Assembly (NCBI GenBank): GCA_963727445.1
Contig: CAVSGI010000019.1
Location: 1-25,718, forward strand
Reading direction: 5' to 3'
From: an uncultured delta proteobacterium
Lineage (GTDB): Bacteria > Myxococcota_A > Polyangia > Polyangiales > B10-G4
DNA: 25,718 bases
Made by a program: the position numbers and the translations under genes. The notes beneath the pieces are model-generated. The model was not told the DNA's origin. It searched no databases and was given only the letters and a program-made list of their open reading frames with translations. Below, piece by piece: positions 18,589-25,718 of this stretch; within the stretch, counting starts at the first letter, position 1, and the number at the start of each line of letters is the position of its first letter.

Positions 18589-19575
18589 TCATGGCATCTT
18601 ACGGAAGCTTGCGTCCGGCGTGCCGTGGAAGCAGCCGACGACCCACGGATAGGCGTCGGTGACGTAGTAGCCGTAGCTCCCGTCGCGCATCATGCCGTTG
18701 CACTCGTCGAGGTCGCCGGCGTCGGTGAACTCGTAGTCGTCGATGAAGGTGCCGTCGTAGTCGCCGCCCGGGAAGGCGCCCTCCCCCGGCTGGCTCACGC
18801 GGGCGCCGGACTCGAGGGTGTAACCGGAGATCACGCGGCGGATGGTGCCGCCGTCGTCGATGAACGGGCCGTAGATGGGGAAGCCGTCGGCGGCGAAGCC
18901 GATGAGCCCGGACTCGGTGGCGCCGGAGTCGTCGTACATGGCGAGCGGGTCGCCGTGGTAGTGGTAGGCGCCGTCGGGTTGGGTGTGGGCGTGGTGGGCG
19001 TCTGTGCCGAAGTCGTTGCCGGCGAAGGCCGGGTCGTAACGCCAGGGCGTGCCCTCGGTCATGCAGCCGATCTTCTCTTCGCCGACGGGATCGGGGCCGA
19101 CGCCGTAACAAGCGGCGGCGCGCACGTCGAGCTTGACGCCGTCGAGGAAGACGCCGTTGTCGTACTGGAGGCTGAGGTCGGTGATGGCACCGGCCGCGGT
19201 GGGCGCGCCGATCAGGTGAAACGACTCGTCGACCTCGGCCGCGGGCGTCGCGAAGGCGCCGGCGTCGTCGAAGTCGTGGTTGGGGATGCCGTTGCTGCGG
19301 ATGGTGCAGTCGGACCCGTCGAAGCTGATCTCGACGTCGGCGGTGAAGGCCATGTCGCGGGCGATGTCGCGGACGGAGGCCGAGTAGTGGCCGACGTACG
19401 ACGCGCAGGACGGATCGCGAAGGACGAAGACCGCATCGGTGATGTCGACGACCCCTCCGGCGGCGTCGGGCGCAGCGTCGGCGACGGACGAGTCGCCGCC
19501 GCTAGAATCGTCACCGCCGCACGCCGGGGCGACCAAGAGCACGGCGACCGCCGTCACGACCCTGAGGACCTTCAT
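18589..19575 (-). CDS. YHYH-domain lipoprotein
   Basis: Lipobox APAC; SNGIPNH, HTQPDGAYHYHG, LIGFAADGFPIYGP, DLDECNG, YYVT. Confidence 0.9.
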   Translation of the reverse strand: MKVLRVVTAVAVLLVAPACGGDDSSGGDSSVADAAPDAAGGVVDITDAVFVLRDPSCASYVGHYSASVRDIARDMAFTADVEISFDGSDCTIRSNGIPNHDFDDAGAFATPAAEVDESFHLIGAPTAAGAITDLSLQYDNGVFLDGVKLDVRAAACYGVGPDPVGEEKIGCMTEGTPWRYDPAFAGNDFGTDAHHAHTQPDGAYHYHGDPLAMYDDSGATESGLIGFAADGFPIYGPFIDDGGTIRRVISGYTLESGARVSQPGEGAFPGGDYDGTFIDDYEFTDAGDLDECNGMMRDGSYGYYVTDAYPWVVGCFHGTPDASFRKMP

Positions 19576-19595
19576 GGCGCGGGACGATACCAGGC

Positions 19596-21485
19596 TCAGT
19601 GCGCGACCCGCTCGCGGCCGACCACCACGACCACCGGCGGGCGCCCGGTACGCCCGAGCTCCCAGCGGATCCTCGAGGCGGGGCCGCGCACGTTCATGCG
19701 GCCGCCGTGGATCAGCTCGAGGTGATCGAAGGCGCAGATGCCAGCGAGGTTCTCGTCCTCGTCGCCGCCACCCTGGGACCTTCTCTTCAGGTGGTGGGCC
19801 GTCAGATCGCGGCGAAAGCAGACCGGGCAGCGGCATTTGTAACGGTCGCGATTGTAGATGTGCTCCCAGCGGTTGCTGATGCCGAGGGTCGGCGCCCAGA
19901 CCCACCAGAACTGGCCGCATAGAAAAGACAGGAACTCGTCCGCGAAGCCCGCCCGTTCGTAGGCGACCTCCATCATGCGGAACTGAACGAAGACCTCTTC
20001 GGGGATGCGCAGGCGGATCTCGCGGCGACCACGGGGCGTGGGCGGAGAGCCCGTCCGTTGGGGGGTCGGCCGTGGCCCTTCACCGTGGTCAGGGTTCGTG
20101 GGAGGTGGGCCGCTGGCACGGTCGCACATCCGGACGGTGCCGTTCGATTCGAGCGCTTCCTTCAATAGCTCGCCGCTGAGCACCTCCCGCTCGTAGGCGA
20201 AGAAGGCCTCGACATCGTCGGCGTCCGGCGGGCCCAGGCCCCACCGCCCTTCCCCGGCCCGCGCCAGCGTCTCCGCGACCTCCACCTCTTCGCGCAGGTG
20301 CTTGTACGTCCGCCGCTCGGCACGCGTGAGCCAGGACTCGACCGTGTCGACGTTCGCGACCCTCGCTACTACCCGCGCCGCTTCCTTTTCGATGCGGCCA
20401 TCCCGAACCGCGTCGCCGAGCGCAGGCAGCCGCTCGATCTCCCGCGCGAGCTTCATCTTGTCCCGCGCCGCCGTGCGCGACAGGCCGAGACGCTCGGCGA
20501 CGTAGTGATCGAAGCTCGCGAAGCCGCCCCGCTCCCAGCCGTGGAGCAGCTTGAAGCGCTCGAGGCTGGCGCCGAGCCACAGGTCCGCGCTCGCGAGCTC
20601 CTTGGCAAGGCTGACCAGAATCCGGTCGAGGAGTTGTGGGTCGCTCGGCAGCGCCTCGTCTTCCCCGTCCTCCGCCCGGCCCGCGCCCTCCGGCAGCGGC
20701 AGCCCCTGCCACATCGGACGCCCCTCGGCCTCGGCGCGCTCCTCCGCCATCGCCTCGGCCCGCTGCCGCGCCGCGATGCCTTCGCGCCGCCGCTCGATCC
20801 AGCGCGCGCACTCCTCCGCCACCGCCTCGTTCGTCGGCTCGATGCCCGCGTTCTGCATCGTGGACGTCGCTTCGGCGAGCACGTGCTCGATCCACCCGTC
20901 GCCGAGCGCACACGACTCGAGGTGATCGACGAGCTTCGACGTCACCTCGCATGCCCAGAACGTCTCGACGTCGACCTGACGCACCACCGTACACGAGCGC
21001 CGCCCGAGCTCGTCTTCCTCGGCGCGCTCGCGCATCGCCTCGACGTCGGCGAGGATCTCCTCGAGCTCGCGCACCGTGCTCTGCCGCGCGGCCGCCAGCA
21101 TCACCTCCTCGTCGGCAGACGTCGCATGGCGGCCGAGGAGCGCGGCCTTGCGCCAGGTGATCACGCATCGAAGCAGCGCATCGTGAACGTGCGGCAGCGC
21201 TTCGAGCTGTCGCCACACGCGGCGTGACTCGTTGACCCAGCCGCTCTTGCAGCCGAGCCGCTCGTACGCGTAGGCGCGCACACTCGAGAAGCCGAGCTCG
21301 TGATGGCCGCGCTGGCGGAGGAGCGCCTCGGCGACGCGGCCGATGCGAAGGCGCAGCCGACTCCGCGCGCCCGCGAGGCGCACGAGCTCCTCGTCCAACG
21401 CATCCACGTCGACGGCCGCTTCGGCGGCCTCTCTCAACAGCCCCACGACGAAGGTCCCCCAGATTGAAGAACGAGCCTGACACAT
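19596..21485 (-). CDS. DUF222-like/HNH endonuclease-motif protein (start uncertain)
   Basis: C-terminal RDRYKCRCPVC...HHLKRRSQGGGDEDENLAGICAFDH...H; two copies of a GF.S...Y..ERLG...L..LP....A module. Confidence 0.85.
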   Translation of the reverse strand: MCQARSSIWGTFVVGLLREAAEAAVDVDALDEELVRLAGARSRLRLRIGRVAEALLRQRGHHELGFSSVRAYAYERLGCKSGWVNESRRVWRQLEALPHVHDALLRCVITWRKAALLGRHATSADEEVMLAAARQSTVRELEEILADVEAMRERAEEDELGRRSCTVVRQVDVETFWACEVTSKLVDHLESCALGDGWIEHVLAEATSTMQNAGIEPTNEAVAEECARWIERRREGIAARQRAEAMAEERAEAEGRPMWQGLPLPEGAGRAEDGEDEALPSDPQLLDRILVSLAKELASADLWLGASLERFKLLHGWERGGFASFDHYVAERLGLSRTAARDKMKLAREIERLPALGDAVRDGRIEKEAARVVARVANVDTVESWLTRAERRTYKHLREEVEVAETLARAGEGRWGLGPPDADDVEAFFAYEREVLSGELLKEALESNGTVRMCDRASGPPPTNPDHGEGPRPTPQRTGSPPTPRGRREIRLRIPEEVFVQFRMMEVAYERAGFADEFLSFLCGQFWWVWAPTLGISNRWEHIYNRDRYKCRCPVCFRRDLTAHHLKRRSQGGGDEDENLAGICAFDHLELIHGGRMNVRGPASRIRWELGRTGRPPVVVVVGRERVAH

Positions 21486-21588
21486 GACTGAATGGATGTC
21501 CAGCTTTATTTGCTGGAGGCCCGCTTTTTGTTGGCTCGATGTGGCCGCGGTCGTTGCTTCTCCACCGCCGTGGACGCACCCTGCGACC

Positions 21589-21982
21589 GTGTTCCGCGAC
21601 GACTACCTGCTTCGTCAGATCCACGAGCTCTCCGCCGCGATCGAGCGCGCCTTCGATCACCACGCGGCGGGCGACGTCGAAGCCGGCCTCGAAGAGCTGC
21701 GCCAGGCGATGGATGCGCTGCTCGGGCCGAACCGTTCGCTCGTGGACACCCTCGATCTCGCCTCGGTGGGCGCGCTCCTCGGCGCCGACAAGATGCGTTC
21801 GATGGCGCGCCTGCGTGCGGCGGAGGCCACGCTGCACGAAGCCTCCGGCGACGCGCGTGCTCATCGACGCCTGCCGGCGTGAGGCGCTCGATTACTGGCG
21901 TTGGGCGCGCGGCGCCGAACCGCAGCCCGAGGACGACGAGGCGATCGCGAGGCTCGAGGCGCAGATCGAAGCCGGCCCCTAG
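21589..21982 (+). CDS. Small helical hypothetical protein (DUF6483-like N-terminus), frameshift near 21855
   Basis: GTG start, MFRDDYLLRQIHEL; continues in another frame as LIDACRREALDYWRWA...EAGP-stop. Confidence 0.55.
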
Positions 21983-22079
21983 GGCGCGGGGCCTCGCCGT
22001 CACCACCGTCAATGGCCCGCGGACGGCTGATCTGCTCCTTTTGCGGGCCGCGCGGCGCCGGATGCTCTAAGCTCGACCC

Positions 22080-22322
22080 GTGCTCAACCTCGGTTGGATG
22101 GAGATCCTGGTCATCGGCGGCGCGCTGATGCTCATCGTCGGGCCGGCCGCCGCCCCGAAGCTCCTCGCGGGCTTCGACTCGATGCGCAAGGCGCGCGGGA
22201 TGGACAAGGTCACCAAGGCGAACGAGGCGTTGAAGATGCTGACGGGCCAGGACGCCGAGCCCCCCGAAAACGACGCCGAAGAGGTCGATTCCGAGGCCCC
22301 TGGCGCTGGCCCCTCGCAGTGA
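22080..22322 (+). CDS. TatA/TatB-family-like small membrane protein
   Basis: MLNLGWMEILVI...LIVGP...PKL N-terminus, amphipathic helix, acidic tail. No tatC in the window. Confidence 0.55.
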   Translation: MLNLGWMEILVIGGALMLIVGPAAAPKLLAGFDSMRKARGMDKVTKANEALKMLTGQDAEPPENDAEEVDSEAPGAGPSQ

Positions 22323-22350
22323 CTATCTTGTCCCGGTTCTTTGAAAATTC

Positions 22351-22715
22351 GGGGGCGAAACGGTTTCGACGGGGATGTTGAAGCGTTTGGCTGCGTGCAC
22401 GCCGGGTCAGGGACGGCGCAAATACCTCTGACACGTCATAAGTGCGAACGATAATGCACTCGCTCTCGCTGCCTAAACAGCAGGTCTAGAGGGCCGTCGA
22501 AGCGAAGAGTCGGTCAGTGCTCTCGTGGAGGCGTCATTTCAGCTGACTAGCCTATTCCGTGTGGCTCGGGAGGATGGCGAAACTTTAGAGCCAATAGCGG
22601 TGTGGCGAGCCTGTCGATGGGCGCAACGCATCGCGATATCAAATCATCGACTACGTACGTAGAGGCCGACGTGGACCATCTTCGGACCCGGGTTCGACTC
22701 CCGGCGCCTCCACCA
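22351..22715 (+). ncRNA. ssrA: tmRNA (one-piece, 365 nt); tag reading frame ANDNALALAA-stop at 22444-22476
   Basis: 5' GGGGGCGAAACGGTTTCGACGGGG; 3' T-arm CCGGGTTCGACTCCCGG, then CGCCTCC-ACCA; acceptor stem with the G3-U alanine identity pair. Confidence 0.97.
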
Positions 22716-22723
22716 TTTCAGAG

Positions 22724-22760
22724 AGCACGGCGTATCCACTGGGGATGCGCCGCGTTCAAT
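22724..22760 (+). terminator. Stem-loop immediately after ssrA, likely terminator
   Basis: CGGCGTATCC (22728-22737) pairs with GGATGCGCCG (22743-22752) including one G-U; the U tract is weak. Confidence 0.55.
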
Positions 22761-22900
22761 TCAGTCATCCGCGCCGGTCGTCGGCCCGCACGTGAAGCCC
22801 CTCGGCTCCGTGGACTCTAGGGTTTGACCCCTCCGATCGGAAAGACCGGGACCCGGCGGCAAGGCACCTGCGGGGCGGACCCGCTGGGACGCTGGAACCG

Positions 22901-23308
22901 TCAGCGCGCTGGCTCTCGCGAGCGACTCAGTCGACCGCCGTCGGCGGCAGCCGGAGCGGGCGCGCGCACGCGCCGGCAGCTCCCCCGCGCGGTGGCCAGG
23001 CAGGTCGCGACTGCGGCGATCAGAAACGCCGCCACCATGTTGTTCAGAGCCTCGTGAAGACCGAGAAGGAAGATTCCGACGGCTCTCGGCGCCTGCGACC
23101 TTTTTGCGGGGCCCCTCGGACTTCTGCAGCCCGACGACCGTCCCGAGGCAGGCGATGAGCAGCGTCCCGATGCCGCTCCCCACGGTCAGCGCCAGTCGCT
23201 CGCGCCGTGGCCGATAGGCGTGAAGCGCCGCGGTCGCGAGACACACCCCACCGAGCGTCCCCTCGGCGCCGCCATGGCGCACCCCGCTCGTCGTACGAAA
23301 TCGATCAC
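22901..23308 (-). CDS. Small 3-TM MotA/TolQ/ExbB-like membrane protein, broken by several frameshifts
   Basis: SD GGAGGA then GTG (MIDFVR...); fragments in different frames read GGVCLATAALH, GTLLIACLGTVVGLQKS and GLHEALNNMVAAFLIAAVATCL. End is approximate. Confidence 0.45.
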
Positions 23309-23407
23309 GCGTCCTCTCCTCCAGACAGCAGCCAGCTCTCTGAGACAGCGCTCTTGTTTGTTTTTTTTCGATCAAAGTTGCGCTTGCCCTCGGGTATCGT
23401 CGCCGTC

Positions 23408-23904
23408 ATGGAAAAGGCGCTCGCCCTCACCCTCCTGGGTGTTCCTCCTTGCCTTCGCACCCCTCGCGGGCTGCTCGATGCTCGACGACCCATGCGGTGA
23501 TCTCGAGATCAAGGCTCTGCGCCGACCTCGGTGGCGACTGCAGCGTCTTTCAGTCGAACCCAACCGTGCATGACGCGATTGTTCCGCAGCGACGTCGCCA
23601 GGCCGAGAAGTCGCAGTGCGAGATGTACGCCGCGCCGGAGAACTACCAGTCCTACACCCTGCCGTGGACACGGTACCTCGTGGCCCAGACGCGCGACCCC
23701 TCGACCCCGGCGCCACAGCTCCCGCCGCCGGTCGCGGTGGATGGCCTCGCGAGCGGCGTGAGCGGCTACTGGGCCGACCCGCTCCCCGTCCGGATTATCC
23801 CCCTCGACACTCCTCTACAGCGTGCGAAGTATGCGCGCGGCGAAGAAGGCGGCCCAGGGCGGCGGACAACGCGGCCTTCTGGTCAAGGGCCTCCCGACGC
23901 CTGA
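23408..23904 (+). CDS. Hypothetical Cys-containing lipoprotein, multiply frameshifted
   Basis: Fragments MEKALA / VFLLAFAPLAGCSMLDDPCGDLE / LCADLGGDCSVF...CEMYAAPENY in successive frames. End is approximate. Confidence 0.4.
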
Positions 23905-23959
23905 GGCAGTAAGGGCCGTAGAGACGGGTCGGGCGGCAGGAAGAAGGCGACGTATCGCT

Positions 23960-24246
23960 CAACATCGTCGCCCGGTCGAGCTGGCGCTCGCCCAGGAGAA
24001 GCGGGTGACCAGCAGATCAACGCGCTCGCCGGCAAGGCCCGGGACGGGGGCGACGACCAGGGCGAGCAGTCCATCAGTGGTCCACAAGGAGCAGACCGAG
24101 GAGGTCGCGACCGCCTCCGACCTGCTCGAGGTAGTCGAACGGCGCGCAGGAAACCCCCTGCTCGCCGAGGGGAACCTGGCCTGTGAGTCGCTCGGGCGAG
24201 GAGGGCTCCGACCCGACCGCCCCGACCGCCGCGGGGGGCTCGCTCG
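23960..24246 (+). pseudogene. 3' half of a non-heme ferritin gene (actinobacterial BfrB-like); 5' half absent, many indels
   Basis: Fragments PVELALAQEKRVT, QINALAGKARD, GEQ, KEQTEEVATASDLLEVVER and DPTAPTAAGGSL. Confidence 0.7.
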
Positions 24247-25707
24247 GACACGGCCTCAACAGGCGCGCGGCTGATCGGCGGCGCCGGCGCCGCAGGGCGC
24301 CGGGGCGGCGCTCTGGGGCTCGCCGAACGGGCCGCGCCGGCGGCCCGGAAGCGCAAGGCTCGACGCCGCGCGTGATCGGCGCCGGCCTGGCCGGACTCCA
24401 GCGCCGCCCGCGTAGCTGCGCCGGCGGGGCCGCTCGGTCGCCGTCGAACCGAGGCCCGCAACAGGGTCGGCGGGCGGACGCTCAACCGGTCGCCTGAACC
24501 GGCGCGAGGTGGTCGAGATCGGCGGCCAGTGGGTAGGACAACGCAGGACAACGTGCTCGGCCTGATCGACGAGCTCGGCCTATCCGACCTTCAAGACCTA
24601 CACCGAGGGCAAGAACGCTCTACTTCCGCAACGGGAGCCGGGAGCTCTACACGGGCACGATCCCGCCGGCCAGCGTGCCGCCCTGACCGAGCTCGCGGTG
24701 ACCGGCAAGCTCAACCAGATGGCGGCCGAGGTCCCCACCGATGCGCCGTGGGAGGCAGCCACCGCCCACGAGTGGGACTCGCAGACGCTCGAGACGTGGA
24801 AGCGCGTGAACATGATCGAGCCGGAGGCGCGGGAGCCTGCTCGACCTCGCGATCGAGGCGGTCTTCGCCTGCGAACCCGGCGACGTCTCGCTGCTCTTCG
24901 TCCTCTTCTACATCGCCTCGGCCGGCGGCGACATCAACCGGCTGATCGACACCCCGGCGTGCTGCAGGAGATCGCGTCGTCGGCGGTTCGCAGCTGATCT
25001 CGCTGACCATGGCCGGGGCGCTCGGCAAGCGGGTGCACCTGCGCTCCCCCGTCCGCGCGGTGCGCAAGCGTGGTCGACGGTCGAGGTGCGAACGCCGTCG
25101 GGAGCGTGGCTGGCCAAGCGCGTGATCAACACCCTGCCGCCGGCGCTCGGGCCCTCGATTCGCCAGCGGCCGGCCCTGCCGGCGCCCCGGGCCCAACTCG
25201 AGCAGCGCGTGCCGATGGGCTCGGTGATCAAGTGCCTCGCCATCTACGAGGGCGGCCCGTTCTGGCGTGAGGCGGGTCTCAGCGGCCAGGCGACCTCGAA
25301 CCGGGGCCCGGTCAAGGTCACCTACGACAACTCACCCCCCGACGGCTCGCCCGGGGTCCTGCTCGGCTTCATCGAGGGCCAGGAGGCCCGCAACTGGACC
25401 CACAGCTCGAAGTCGAGCCGTCGCGATGCGGTCGTCGAGAGCCTGGTGCGTTACTTCGGTCCCAAGGCCCGGACGCAGCTGACGGGGTACATGGAGAAGT
25501 CGTGGGCCGAGGACCGCTGGACCCGGGCCTGCTACGTCGGCTTCATGCCTCCGGGGTGCTGACCGGGTACCGGAACGCGATTCGCGAGCCGATCGGGGCA
25601 ATGCACTTCGCGGGCACCGAGAGTGCCACGGTCGGGCCGGCTGACATGCGACGGCGCCGTCGAGTCCGGACAGCGAGCGGCCGCCGAGGTCGACTCTCGC
25701 CCTCTGA
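24247..25707 (+). CDS. Flavin monoamine oxidase family protein with probable Tat signal; heavily frameshifted, probably read errors
   Basis: Fragments LNRR..IGGAGAA, VIGAGLAGL, RVGGRTLN, VEIGGQWVG, VSLLFVLFYIASAG, PMGSVIKC, PFWREAGLSG, YDNSPPDGSPGVLLGFIEG, HFAGTE, DGAVESGQRAAAEV. Start is approximate. Confidence 0.85.
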
Positions 25708-25718
25708 GCGGCGCCGCC

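Noticed and set aside
21414..21429. Perfect GGCCGC-TTCG-GCGGCC tetraloop hairpin
   Set aside because: It is antisense to EAAEAA codons in the HNH ORF, and a 6-bp GC stem is expected by chance; revisit only if conserved among paralogue ends.
22602..22820. 72-aa ORF overlapping ssrA
   Set aside because: It starts inside the tmRNA gene and runs through its 3' end and terminator; spurious.
22857..22895. GGCAA...GGGACGC resemblance to a c-di-GMP-I riboswitch
   Set aside because: It lacks the GGCAAAC, GNRA loop and GCAAAG elements, and there is no same-strand downstream gene.
22716..23950. Prophage or genomic island integrated at ssrA
   Set aside because: No integrase, phage gene or downstream att repeat is visible.

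Overview
Very GC-rich window (25.7 kb) that reads as a myxobacterial (Polyangia/Sandaracinaceae-like) chromosome up to about 23.95 kb. The basis is a Ser/Thr kinase plus FHA-sigma54 activator pair, a MYXO-CTERM protein, many lipoproteins and a tmRNA with tag ANDNALALAA. Recognisable genes: ccrA, a PilZ-like protein, a SAM methyltransferase, a hemerythrin, a 1136-aa three-CxxCH lipoprotein, a cytochrome c, a YHYH protein, a DUF222/HNH-type endonuclease, a TatA/B-like protein and ssrA. Highlights: (1) a surface-sorted protein whose 30 cysteines are spaced as a mirror image about a central loop, predicting a 15-disulfide antiparallel zipper, downstream of a sigma54 promoter and with an RBS-occluding hairpin; (2) a large cytochrome lipoprotein with a ComEA-like helix-hairpin-helix inserted inside a heme domain, next to a hemerythrin; (3) a tandem-KOW protein ending in an SSB-like DIPF tail hidden by a frameshift; (4) TANNNT boxes 6-11 nt before most start codons, suggesting leaderless or short-leader mRNAs. 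The sequence has long-read-type indels. The last 1.8 kb (5'-truncated ferritin and flavin amine oxidase) begins right after a nanopore-adapter-like 10-mer and is probably chimeric. All family calls come from motif recognition by eye; no database searches were run.
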